The notes under the pieces: model-generated
Told to the model about the DNA's origin: nothing
The model's input: the letters and a program-made list of their open reading frames with translations, nothing else
Databases searched by the model: none
From: Bdellovibrionales bacterium
GTDB taxonomy: Bacteria > Bdellovibrionota > Bdellovibrionia > Bdellovibrionales > UBA1609
NCBI GenBank assembly: GCA_041391465.1
Contig: JAWKNX010000018.1
Coordinates: 563-64,562 of the forward strand
Direction: 5' to 3'
DNA length: 64,000 nucleotides
Shown here: piece after piece, positions 23,211-33,834 of the stretch
How positions within the stretch are numbered: position 1 is the stretch's first letter
How the letters are laid out: every line of letters begins with the position of its first letter
Translations under genes and position numbers: made by a program

Positions 23211-24205
23211 TATTTCCATTTTTAATTCCCTTCCTCAACGGTTTTAAATCTTTTTTTTAAGGCTCCTATTACGTGGTCCATTTTTGCGGTGAATTTATTA
23301 ATTTATTTATCGAGCTACGACATTAACAGCCGGTTAGATCGTGAGTGGCAATTACAGACCAGCGATGTGGCGCTAATGAGTATGCAAGGTAAGATTTATG
23401 CTGATTATGTTTTAAAGAATAAATCGTTCTATGATCAATTTACTATTGATCTAGCTGGGCAGGTGCAAAAGGGTTATAAACAGAGCTCTTTAATGATGGC
23501 AACGTTTGCCATGAAGGACCCTGATTTTGTCAACGTGGGTTCAGCGAATATGGCTTATAAAGACCCTGTGGCATTTGATTTTTGGCGCAATAAATTTAAA
23601 ACCATTCTTAACTCAAGAGTTGAACACCCGAGCTATTTACTAGGAGTGAGCTATAATAACTCTCTCCCATGACGTGGATCACGTATCAGTTTGTTCACGC
23701 GGATCTGATGCACTTTTTATCGAATATGATTTTTCTTATGTTCTTTGGTGCTTTTATAGAGCGACTCTGCGGGAGCTTGGCCCTTTTACTAATATACTTA
23801 GGCTCTGGGTTTATCGGAGCTGGAGTGTTTGTGTTATGGAGTGGAGTTTCTACCGTTCCGCTTGTCGGTGCCAGTGCTGCCGTGAGCGGAATCATGGCAT
23901 TTTTGTGTGTTTATTTGTGGCAAAGACCTATTAAGTACATTTACTGGTTATTTATTCCCATTCGTGGTTACGCGGGCTTTGTTTACCTACCGGCGTGGGT
24001 GGCTTTTGTGGCCTGGGCCATGACCGATTTATCGGGTTACTTGGGCGAAACCTTTGTGGGCGGAGTGGCTTACACCGCTCACTTGGGTGGTGACATTACT
24101 GGTGCGCTAGCGGCACTAGCAGTATTGGCTTACAAAAAATACTTCTTAAAACAAACTTTTAAAAAGAACCACCGCGGGTTTATATCCGGCCAAGTGAAAG
24201 TGTAA
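23207..24205 (+). CDS. Rhomboid-family intramembrane serine protease (frameshifted)
   Basis: FVHADLMHFLSNM, VGASAAVSG, AHLGG; GTG start overlaps the RDD stop (GTGA). Confidence 0.88.
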
Positions 24206-24502
24206 TTCAGAACCTATCAACTCGCACTTTCGTTTTATGAAGATTGTGAGAAGATTAAATTAACTGGTCCAATTAAAAACCAATTTGAGAGAGCTTCACT
24301 AAGCATTGTTCTTAATCTCGCTGAAGGTTCAGGTAAACCTTCAAGAAAAGAGAAAGCTCGATTTTATTCGATAGCAATGGGATCTTTAAGAGAAGTGCAG
24401 GCGATAATTACAGTGAGTCGACAATCACAGCTTGAAGATCAAGCCGATAAACTGGGGGCATATCTTTATAAATTAATAAAAAATCCTTGTGGCGGAAGTT
24501 AA
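24206..24502 (+). CDS. Four-helix-bundle protein (23S rRNA IVP/TIGR02436-like); start codon missing, not in the ORF track
   Basis: Manual translation FRTYQLALSFYEDC...NQFERASLSIVLNLAEGSGKPSRKEKARFYSIAMGSLREVQAI...DKLGAYLYKL. Confidence 0.82.
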   Translation, partial: FRTYQLALSFYEDCEKIKLTGPIKNQFERASLSIVLNLAEGSGKPSRKEKARFYSIAMGSLREVQAIITVSRQSQLEDQADKLGAYLYKLIKNPCGGS

Positions 24503-24527
24503 TTCCGCTACATTTTTTTGCCAGTTT
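24406..24527 (+). repeat. Direct repeat copy 1: 3' end of the four-helix gene plus terminator
   Basis: Matches 25605-25724 with 3 substitutions and a T7/T5 difference. Confidence 0.92.
24489..24519 (+). terminator. Intrinsic terminator overlapping the four-helix gene stop
   Basis: GTGGCGGAA-GTTAA-TTCCGCTAC then AT7. Confidence 0.65.
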
Positions 24528-24580
24528 GCCAGTTTGCCAGTTTGCCAGTTTGCCAGTTTGCCAGTTTGCCAGTTTGCCAG
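24517..24580. repeat. Tandem repeat (TTTGCCAG) x8
   Basis: Eight perfect 8-bp units. Confidence 0.97.
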
Positions 24581-24776
24581 AGCAAGCGAAGACCTTGGCA
24601 TCCAGCTGATCTTTGCGAATAGACTTGAGGCTAAAGGAAGAATTGAGCGGACATACGACTAGAAACTCTACTTTGAGTTCTACAAGGAAATCCACGGGCT
24701 TTTTGACCACCTCCACGAGCATAGGGTCACAGGGAAGCCTATTAATCTGGAAAGGAAGAAAATGGGGGCATAGCTT

Positions 24777-25391
24777 TTATCGTACTGCGCCAGATGGATT
24801 TGAATTGTTGTCATATACGGGAATTCGCGGCTGAAAAGGAAAATACCCTTTCCCCTTCTTATTAGTTACCTCAACATTTTGAAGCCAATGCAATCCATCA
24901 AGTTGGGCACAACGCCGATAATATTCGTAATGATTTTCATTAAAATTGGTTTCATTTAATTTTGAGCGTGCAATGAAGTCGGCAATATAACGAGTCATGT
25001 TCTTCTCTAGCCGGTCATCAATTTCATTAGATGTGGACCTACAATTAGGTATTCTTACATTTGCTTTTCCGCGCATACCAAAAACATTCACCCCTGGGTC
25101 TCTGTAGGCATTTGCTCCTTGGCCAGATGTTTCATTCCAAATTAAGTTATACCCTGAGCCTGTTTGAATTAGAGCCGCCCGTTTTGTGGGTACATATTTG
25201 CTATTACTGGAACCTGGGTTTTCATATTCCAAAAATAAGTCCCTCTGCATTCTCTCCCAACAAAGATCTACAGGATCAACATTTATACATTTTGCACCGC
25301 TAGAACTATCACATTTTGAATCTTGAGCATGCGAGGTGCTCAGTAATCCTATAAATACACACAGACCGATAATAATATTTAGACTTTTCAT
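24777..25391 (-). CDS. Hypothetical secreted protein (cargo between the direct repeats)
   Basis: Signal peptide ending SHA; 204-aa intact AT-rich ORF. Confidence 0.75.
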   Translation of the reverse strand: MKSLNIIIGLCVFIGLLSTSHAQDSKCDSSSGAKCINVDPVDLCWERMQRDLFLEYENPGSSNSKYVPTKRAALIQTGSGYNLIWNETSGQGANAYRDPGVNVFGMRGKANVRIPNCRSTSNEIDDRLEKNMTRYIADFIARSKLNETNFNENHYEYYRRCAQLDGLHWLQNVEVTNKKGKGYFPFQPRIPVYDNNSNPSGAVR

Positions 25392-25604
25392 GTTTATATT
25401 CTAATCGGATATGATCCCATTTATATATCGATCAATATCAAATCAAGACTTTCGGGATAATTTTATATAATAAAACCAGAACTCATCTCGACGTAAGTCT
25501 ATTCAGTTGAAACATAAATATTAGGACTCGAATGCAACTTACTGCAATCACTGACGGGACATTTTCCCAGGAAAGTTAAAGGGACATAATCGCTGGACAA
25601 TCAC

Positions 25605-25724
25605 AATTACAGTGAGTCGACAATCACAGCTTGAAGATCAAGCGGATAAACTTGGGGCATACCTTTATAAATTAATAAAAAATCCTTGTGGCGGAAGTTA
25701 ATTCCGCTACATTTTTGCCAGTTT
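25605..25724 (+). repeat. Direct repeat copy 2: orphan 3' fragment of the four-helix gene, terminator and one TTTGCCAG unit
   Basis: See copy 1; overlaps the putA stop codon. Confidence 0.92.
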
Positions 25725-28709
25725 ATTCTTCCTCGGCTGGAGCAAATCCACGGCGCATGGTATTTTCAGTGATCACTCGAGGCTCCATAAACTGTTTCAA
25801 GTAATCAGGGCCACCGGTTTTACTACCAACACCTGACATTTTAAAACCACCAAAAGGATGGCGATCAACAATTGCACCAGTAATCGAGCGGTTGATATAC
25901 AAATTACCCACTTCAAACTTCTTTTTTACGAGTTCAATGTTACCCGGGCTTCTTGAAAACAATCCGCCTGTCAGACCATATTCAGTGTTATTAGCGACCT
26001 CAATGGCTTCTTCAATGTCTTTAACTTTTATGACTGCCAAAACCGGTCCAAACAATTCCGTATGGGCGATTTCATCATCGGGCTTTACATCAACAACAAT
26101 AGTCGGAGGAACATAGTATCCCCCTTCAATGCGCGGTCCCTGATAAGCAACTTTGGCATAACTTCGTGATTTTTCAACGTGAGTGAGGATCTTGTTCATC
26201 GCCTCTTGGTCAACTACGGGACCGAGATAAGCCGATGGATCTTCTGCAGAAGATTGCTTTATACTCTTTGTCGTCTCAACCAATCGTTCAACAAACGGCT
26301 CATAGACTTCTTCAAGAACAATTACTCGCGAACAAGCGGAGCATTTTTGACCTTGAAACCCAAATGCCGAATAAACAGTGGATGCAACGGCTTCGTCTAA
26401 ATCGGCATCGTTGTCGATGATGAGAGCGTTTTTGCCACCCATTTCTATAATACATCTTTTTACATTTTTTGGCCGGATTGAGTGCGACCGGCTTTTTCAA
26501 TGATATGTAGGCCCACTTGTTTTGAGCCGGTAAACGCAATCATATCGATGTCTTTATGGCCGGTGAGAAACTCACCAATCTCTTCACCCAATCCAGGCAC
26601 ATACTGTACAACACCGGCAGGAAGACCGGCCTCTATCAGAAGTTTCATCAGCTCATGTGCCACAATAGAGCTCTGCTCTGCCGGCTTCATAATGACGGTA
26701 TTACCAGCGACAATGCTAGCGGTGACCATTCCAGTAAGAATCGCCAACGGGAAGTTCCAGGGGGCGATTACAAGCGAAACCCCACGCGGTTCATAAATAT
26801 AATGGCTGTGTTCGCCGAGAACTTTTCCGATTTTCTCGGGTTGGGCGAGGTGACGCATTTCTTTGGCGTAATATCTGCAAAAATCAATGGCCTCTATAAT
26901 ATCGCCATCTGCTTCAGCCCAGGGCTTGCCCACTTCAAGGACTTCTAGAGCTGAAAGTTTATATCGATCTCTTAAAATTAATTCGGCCAGCCGATCTACA
27001 AGAGCTGCTCGCTCTAAAGGATCCGTGTCGGCCCACCCCCTAAATGCCGCCTTCGCATCGACCAAAGCTTTTTCAGCCTCCGCACAGCCGGCGATACCGA
27101 TATGGCCGACCACTTCGTCTTTTTTAGACGGATTTTCTCGCGTAATTGTCCGGTCAGTGGTTACAGGCTTGTTATTAATAATTACCGGGTATGTTTGACC
27201 GAGATTCTTCTTCCACTCCTCGAGGGCGGCGTGCATTTTTTCACGTGGCTCAGGCTCAGTAAAATCCAATGGGGCTTCATTGTGAAACTCTTTTTCCAGT
27301 TGATGTTTGCCAGTGGAAACTGCGAGATCAACACTTGGGTCACGCATCAGCTGTTCCAGTTCCGCACCCTCAACAAATTTAGATCGTAAAAACGATTCGT
27401 TAGAAGTGTTTTCAAGGAGACGCCTTACTAAATAAGCCATTCCAGGGATCAGTTCACCTACGGTGGCATACTCACGTACACGATAGCCTTTTTGTACAAA
27501 GGCGGCTTTGAGTTCGTCGGCCATCCCGTAAAGCATTTGAATTTCAAAAGCATTTTTCGCAAGCCCAATCGACTCCGCATAGCAAGCACTAGCAGCCAAA
27601 GAACGAACATTATGAGAGGCTAATGCCACTTTAATGTGTGGGCAATTGTCCAAAAGCAATCGCGCACATTTTTCGTAATTTGCATCTGATTCTTGTTTAT
27701 TCGTGTAAACCGGGATCGGCCAATCTTTTTGGCTAGTGACAATATTTTCGTAATCCCAGTAAGCACCTTTGACTAAACGAATGCTAAATGGAGTCCCGCG
27801 TTCTTTGGCAAATGCGACCAGTTTTTCAGCATCGGCATAAGAGTCTCTCAGGTAGGCCTGGAGGACGATTCCCCAATGGGGATAAGATTTAAAATCAGGC
27901 TCCATGAGTAATTGTTTAAATACATCAAAAGTTAAATCCTTGTGGTGAAAGGATTCCATGTCGATATTGATAAAAACACTGCGTTCTTTGGCTAAATAAA
28001 AAATCGGTCTTAAACGCTCTTTTAATGTTTCGATGGAACCTTGCCAGTCTTTTTCATTCACTTGCGAGTAAAGGCTGGTGAGCTTTACCGACACATTGAC
28101 TTTGGGGATTTTGCCCATGGCATCCTCATCGAGGAGGGGGTTGTGTGTCCAGCTCTCAGCATCTTTACTGATCCAATTAATGATTTCTGTATAGCGAGTT
28201 TGATAATCGATCGCTTCTTTTTCGGACAGGGTGGCTTCACCTAAGAGGTCAACGGTAAACGCGATGTTGTTAGCTCGTTGGGATTTCAAAATGGGCAGTG
28301 CACTTTTTGGGTTCTCACCGGTGATAAACATCTTAGCCATTTGTTGCACATTTTTGCGAATGGCTTTTGCCATGAGCCCTGGAGCCAGTGCTCCCACTCC
28401 CACGCCCACGTTAAAAATGTTGGCAATGTCGGCACCTTTGCCCTGTAAATCATTAAAATATTCTTTAATGTGTTTAGAGACTTCTTGGTTGGAGTTCAGC
28501 GTAGGTAAAACATCGACAAAGCGAAACATGCGCGTTTTAAAATCTTCGTTTTGCATGCTCCATTCCATGATACGCCCATACCACCAGTCCTTGCGAAAAA
28601 ACCCTCCTTTGGCCGGCGCTTTTTCGGCTGCGGAGAAGATCTCTCTACCAAACTGAGTGATCTGTTGCTGATTGTTGTTTACATCCGAGTTGTTTGTTAA
28701 ATGCGACAT
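25723..28709 (-). CDS. putA: Bifunctional proline dehydrogenase / P5C dehydrogenase (frameshift near 26455)
   Basis: RLVKGAYWDYE, YLVRRLLENTSNESF, IAPWNFPLAI, FTGSKQVG, GGKNA, GQKCSACS, ELFGPV. Confidence 0.95.
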
Positions 28710-28950
28710 AGCCCCTTCTTTCTGAGCCGGAATACTGGATTTACGAAAAAACCTCGATTTAGACGACTGAGTTTCGGTTTCCACGGAATCTACCCCCACT
28801 GAAAAGGAAAAAACAGTTGCAGTATTGGGATTAATCCATGAAAAAGGCAAGAATATTAAAGGGGTAAAGTCCAATTATTGGCTGCAGCAATGCTGGATGA
28901 AGAAGCACTGCATAACCCTTTGAAATCACATGAGATTTTGAGGTTTATTT

Positions 28951-29859
28951 ATGGTAAAAACAGAAAGTCGTTCTCGCTATCAAAAGGTCATCTCTCTCTC
29001 AGGAGGATTTCGAGCCTGCTACGTGGACGGGACTCAAGCGGTCGGTCAATTGCAATCCCTCCAAAACTCGTATCCGTTGGCAAGTATTGCAGTGGGTAGG
29101 GCCATGATGGGGGCGGGGCTGATGGCCATTATGCTGGATGATGATGAGGGGCGAATCAGTGTTCATTTTAACGGGGATGGACCTTTAGGAACAGTTTTTG
29201 GTGAGGCCAACTACAAAGGCCAAATGCGGGGATATTGTACCCATCCACAACTTCAACTCCCCTATGTTCCGAGTAAGCCGCTGAGCCTAGGTAAAGCGAT
29301 TGGTCACGGCCCTCTCACTGTGGTTCGAACATCAAAAAAATTCGCGGAGCCGCAGCAGGGTGTGGTGCAAATCCAATCCGGTGAAATTGCAGAAGATCTC
29401 ACTTTTTTTATGACAGCCTCCTATCAAATTCCTTCAGCGATTGTTTTAGGCGTTGGAGTCAATGAGTACGGAAGAGTTACCAGTGCGGGGGGTCTTTATG
29501 TTGAAATGATGCCGGATGCGGATGAAGACTCCATTGTGCAGATTGAAAGCAACTTAAAACAGGCACCGGCCATCACGGAGCTCGTTAAAAATCATTTAAA
29601 CGTGCAAGAGATTTTTGAAGTGTACTTTAAAGGCTTCGATGATTTAAAAAATCTAGAATGTGATGCTATTGCTGAGTTTCGTTGTCAGTGTAATCAGCAT
29701 CGATTTGAGACTTCTTTGCAACTTTTCCCGCTCGAAGAGCTCGTTGAAATGCAGACTAAAAATGAGCCGATTCAAGCTCATTGTGAGTTCTGTGGCAAAC
29801 GATACATAATACAGCCTCCCGCTATTGGTCGAGTGATACGAATTAAACAAGACCTGTAG
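28951..29859 (+). CDS. hslO: Hsp33 redox-regulated chaperone
   Basis: GDGPLG, SGEIAEDL, zinc ligands CQC and CEFC. Confidence 0.93.
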   Translation: MVKTESRSRYQKVISLSGGFRACYVDGTQAVGQLQSLQNSYPLASIAVGRAMMGAGLMAIMLDDDEGRISVHFNGDGPLGTVFGEANYKGQMRGYCTHPQLQLPYVPSKPLSLGKAIGHGPLTVVRTSKKFAEPQQGVVQIQSGEIAEDLTFFMTASYQIPSAIVLGVGVNEYGRVTSAGGLYVEMMPDADEDSIVQIESNLKQAPAITELVKNHLNVQEIFEVYFKGFDDLKNLECDAIAEFRCQCNQHRFETSLQLFPLEELVEMQTKNEPIQAHCEFCGKRYIIQPPAIGRVIRIKQDL

Positions 29860-29962
29860 GTGTTCTCTCTATAAAAGAGGGTTGATTTACCTTGTAAGGT
29901 CTCGGTATCATTAACAATGTATTTACAATTAAAGCATTCCAATTGAGTGGAAAGGCGAATTC

Positions 29963-30649
29963 ATGGCGCAAACTAAAGTTCTCATCGTCGATGATGAGCA
30001 GGCCGTTAGAGAATATTTATCTACAGTACTAGAGGATGAAGGTTTCGTAGTCACTGCAATCTCAAGCGGTGAAACACTTTTTGATACATTGAAATCTTTT
30101 GAGCCCAATATCTTACTGATGGATTATCGAATGCCGGGGCAAAGCGGTGTCGAGCTCGTAAAATCAATTCGGACTTACGCGGATTACAAATCACTTCCCA
30201 TTATCATGGTAACGGGAGTCGCCGGTGAAGACGAAAAAGTGGCAGCCCTAGAAACCGGGGCCGATGACTACCTGGTGAAACCTTTTTTGCCAAAAGAATT
30301 AGGAGCTCGAATTCGGGCGGTACTTCGAAGGGTAAGTACAGAGCCCAGCGCAGATTCCTCGACGCTTGAAAACAAAGGTCTTTCTGTGGATCTTAAATCC
30401 CACTCTGTAAAATTAGATGGCGAAGAAATACACCTGACTTTGACAGAGTTTCGAATTCTCAGTGAGCTTTTAAAACAAAAAGGACAGGTGCTCTCTCGTG
30501 ATCGATTGCGTGAGACGGCACTGGGAAATTTAAACGTAACAGATCGAACCATCGATGTGCACATGGCCTCTTTGCGTAAAAAACTCGGCCGCTGCGGAGA
30601 TGATATTCAAACTGTTCGCGGAGTCGGGTACCGACTTTCTGTTGATTAA
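29963..30649 (+). CDS. OmpR/PhoB-family response regulator
   Basis: LIVDDE, MDYRMPG, GADDYLVKPF, RTIDVHMASLRKKL, TVRGVGYR. Confidence 0.95.
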   Translation: MAQTKVLIVDDEQAVREYLSTVLEDEGFVVTAISSGETLFDTLKSFEPNILLMDYRMPGQSGVELVKSIRTYADYKSLPIIMVTGVAGEDEKVAALETGADDYLVKPFLPKELGARIRAVLRRVSTEPSADSSTLENKGLSVDLKSHSVKLDGEEIHLTLTEFRILSELLKQKGQVLSRDRLRETALGNLNVTDRTIDVHMASLRKKLGRCGDDIQTVRGVGYRLSVD

Positions 30650-30662
30650 TAACAAGAAAATT

Positions 30663-30780
30663 AAAAAGGCAGCAGGAGGCCGGGGAGCTTGCTCCCCTTC
30701 CTGGCGGTGGTGGGTTGATTGTGGTGGGCTGGTGGCTCTTTGCAGGACTCCACGATTGTGGTGCGAGCCGGTAAGTTACT
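30663..30780 (-). ncRNA. Candidate structured small RNA (~118 nt)
   Basis: sigma54 motif upstream; 5' hairpin GGCTC-GCA-CCAC/AATC/GTGG..TGC..GAGCC; C/A-rich linker; 3' hairpin CAGGA..GGGGAGC/AA/GCTCCCC..TCCTG; T5 tail. Confidence 0.6.
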
Positions 30781-30790
30781 GACCTTATAG

Positions 30791-30807
30791 AGCAAGCCCG
30801 GGGCCAA
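30791..30807 (-). promoter_or_regulatory. sigma54 promoter candidate for the sRNA
   Basis: Minus strand TTGGCCCCGGGCTTGCT, GG-N10-GC; predicted +1 near 30780. Confidence 0.6.
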
Positions 30808-31093
30808 CTTTATTGGTGTCATTCTGACCTGAAGTCCAAACAAGGTGAGTTATAAGCTTTAAATATAAGGATGGATCGGGGTTCTGGAGCGAAACGACAC
30901 CCTGTAATCCTTTCTGTTCGTTTTGATCATGGTTTGTATAAGATAAATTTATAATTAAAAGCGATGTTCAATGAACATGTCGTACTCTCTCGCTGTCTGT
31001 CTTTAGTCTAGAAATCCAGCTGATCCTTTCAACAGGCCCCTTCCAGGACAAGAATATTCATAACCAACGAACTTTCTATAACGGGGTGAATCA

Positions 31094-32517
31094 GTGGTTA
31101 AAAACCAAATTCAAAAAATTATTTTCATTTTGCTAATCAGTTGCAGTGCCGCAGCCAACGAAACTTCAGATCGACAAGAGAAACATAACTTGGCCACCGA
31201 GTCTTTTTAAGCTTCACTTTTTTCATAAAGGTCGTGGCATGATGATGTCGCCGGACCTCATTCATGTTTATCAAAAGCAATTGGATAAAATTGAGCCCGG
31301 CGCTTCCTCCATGGATCCGGCAAAGTTTATTCAAAATCGTTGGGGACTTATTTCTGGGGAAAACGGAGTTTATGGACTCAACACCGTTAGGTATGAAGAC
31401 TTTGATGTGGGTGCTGTTGGATGTGTTGTTTGCCATAGCGGAAAAGCCGCTGGGGAATTTATAGTTGGGCTGGGCTCAAAAAATGTAGACGTTGTCCGCA
31501 TGGCCAAAGATCTTAATCGCCTCGAGAAGTGGTGGAAGGTATTTGGCAAAAAAATAAAGAGAAATCAGAAGCCTATAAAGATGTAGAGCAAGCGGCTCTT
31601 TATTTTTCGGAATATCTGTCTAATAAAAAAGTAGGGAACCTCACTCAAGGGTTGGTCCCGGTCTCTTTTATTAAAGGGTGGTTCTATCGGGTGAGAGGCG
31701 AAGAGTTGCCGGAAACCACTCCTCGGGGTCAGGTCAAGGTGCCATTTCTTTGGGGCTACGGAGAAAAAGAAAAGTGGGTCAGTTTTGCGACGGCTACGGC
31801 AACGGCAGTGAATTGGGATGGGCTGTGGCCGTGGAATTGGCTGCTGGGCAAACTGTAGAGTCGGTTCGCGAATATTATCCGAAGGCTGTTGCGGCAGAAA
31901 AAGCCTTTGAAGACTTTCTACCGCCCAAATATCCATTTTCTATCGATAGCGAAATGGCAGCCAAAGGAAAAACAATTTTTAATCAGACCTGTGCTAAATG
32001 CCACGGAGAATATCAAAAGGACGAAAACGGATATCCTATTTATGAGCCACCCCAATTCGTCAATTGGAAGCATGTTAAAACCGATTACGATCGCCTGGAA
32101 GGCAACAATGAAGAGTTCAATTCTCGTGTCGATTCAAACCCATTAAGTGACATTCTATTTCGCAATCTCAAGCAAGAGGGCTTTTTGCTCCACGGCTCGA
32201 AGGGTTTGGTCACGATTTCCCTATCTTCATAATGCCTCTGTTCCAAATATGTTGAGTCTGCTCTCTCCACCTGAAGAGCGTCCAGAGGTCTTCTCCTTGG
32301 AAGACGCAGGAGCGGGAGCGCTTCGACGAGGTGGCCATGGGGCTAACTCTCCCGAATTCAGCCCTCGGCCGGGCAAACCTCAAGCGAAAAGCTATATTTG
32401 AGATCGACAGGTCTACTATACGAAGCGCGAGGGGCACTCCAGTGAGGGGCATGACTTCTCTACCAATATTCCTTTGGAGGACAAAAAGCTATTATCGAGT
32501 ACCTCAAAACTCTTTAA
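31094..32517 (+). CDS. Di-heme c-type cytochrome, RoxA/MauG-like (several frameshifts)
   Basis: CVVCH and CAKCH heme motifs, FPYLHNASVP, C-terminal EYLKTL-stop. Confidence 0.8.
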
Positions 32518-32598
32518 AAGGTACGGACACACTTGTGCGGAGCAGCCGCTAAGGCGATTTTGCACTCGCTCCGCACAAGTGTGTCCGTACCTTTTAAA
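32513..32598. repeat. REPIN-like long palindrome B1
   Basis: 31-bp perfect inverted arms TTTAAAAGGTACGGACACACTTGTGCGGAGC with a 24-nt spacer. Confidence 0.92.
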
Positions 32599-32855
32599 AA
32601 GGGGCCTGGGGAGTCGGCCTTTTTGGTCGCTCAGGGTGTTTACAGTTTGGTCACGGAGATAAACATAGTGATTACAGACACTTAGATGTTTGTCTCAATT
32701 TAAAACGCCATTTTCAAGGGTGCCTCCGTAAATTGTCAAACACTGCTCATTTGCAGTACGATTCCGGCACTTACAAAAAAGTCAATAATATCAGCCGTTT
32801 AAAATCTGGCTCGTTGGTTTCCAATTTGCTCTAAGTAAGGGCAGGAGATAAACCA

Positions 32856-33493
32856 ATGAGCCGACGTCCCTGTAGCTTGAAATTAAAGTACCTATTGCGA
32901 ATCACCTCGTTGATATTTTTGGCAATGGGTGTGGTGGCCTGTCAAAAAGAGATCCATCCGGAGCCTCTTGTAATTTCGTACAGAACTCCTATGAACAACG
33001 GGTATCTTGGGGGAGTCGAACCTTGGACTTCTATGTCCATGAATCAGTTCCACAAGATTATTATATGATAATTCGTGAAGCGGCCAAAAAATGGAACGAA
33101 GCCATTGGCCGAGAAGTCATTCGCATTGAAATTGAAGGTGTGGCCGGCGATATCAACGACCGACGCGACAACATTTCAATGATTTATCTATTGAGCCAAT
33201 GGGATAACGACAATATTCGTGAACAGGCAAGAACCAGTGTGCGTTGGCGTGGAACGGAAATCATCGAGTCCGACATCTTATTAAATGATGAGTATTTTAA
33301 TTTTTCTGTGGATGTGAAAACCCCTCAATTCTACGTGGACTTGGAGAGTTTATTAATTCATGAAATGGGCCACGCGCTGGGCTTAGCCCATGTTGAAGAG
33401 ACGGGGAGTGTAATGTATCCCCAGCTCGCACGCGGTCAGGAGAGAAGGTTGGTGGCTGAAATCGACCTGGAATCCTTAAGTTGCGAGTATTGA
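32856..33493 (+). CDS. Matrixin (M10/metzincin) lipoprotein metalloprotease (frameshift near 33020)
   Basis: VVAC lipobox; HEMGHALGLAH and Met-turn SVMYP. Confidence 0.88.
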
Positions 33494-33635
33494 GTGTGAA
33501 ATAAGTTCCAATATGGATCGCGTGGAGCATCAGAAACCGTGAATGTAAGTTAATTTAAGTTTTTTTGCTAACAAAACATGGATAGACTTTTAACCGCACG
33601 CTAACTTGTTTAGCGGACTTTGAGCAGGAGATAAA

Positions 33636-33833
33636 ATGCAGAAACAGACCACCCAACTCGTTTCATTAAAGCCAATGCCTCTAAAATCGAGGATAGAGCC
33701 AGCTCCTGCGTCATCAGGTCAGGATGTTCTTGGTCAATTTAAGGCGAACCTAGCTCAAGTTACCGAGCTTCAAAAAAGACTGAACTTCATGGTACGAGAA
33801 GTCAGTGGCCTGGTTAAACCACGAAAAGCTTAA
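33636..33833 (+). CDS. Small hypothetical protein
   Basis: AGGAG RBS; helical C-terminus. Confidence 0.6.
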   Translation: MQKQTTQLVSLKPMPLKSRIEPAPASSGQDVLGQFKANLAQVTELQKRLNFMVREVSGLVKPRKA

Positions 33834-33834
33834 A

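Noticed and set aside
24203..24208. Stop-codon readthrough fusing the rhomboid to the four-helix protein (same frame across TAA)
   Set aside because: A lost start through an indel or 5' truncation is simpler given the error rate; nothing in the sequence supports readthrough
24408..24722. ORF with KLANWQTG repeats
   Set aside because: It is the translation of the 8-bp DNA tandem array on the opposite strand and overlaps the four-helix gene
24206..25724. Diversity-generating retroelement (Avd-like four-helix gene plus a ~120-bp TR/VR-like pair)
   Set aside because: No reverse transcriptase in the window; the three mismatches are not adenine-specific on either strand and are all synonymous, the opposite of DGR mutagenesis
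26440..26470. Programmed frameshift in putA
   Set aside because: Falls among short homopolymers in a window with pervasive indels; PutA is normally one continuous polypeptide
30555..30843. Small ORFs 30555..30782 (+) and 30661..30843 (-)
   Set aside because: No RBS or protein-like features; the base-pairing pattern, promoter and U-tail are better explained by an RNA
30816..30900. 6S RNA-like long hairpin (GTGTCATTC...GAAACGACAC)
   Set aside because: Only the terminal ~9 bp pair convincingly; too short, with no clear central bubble
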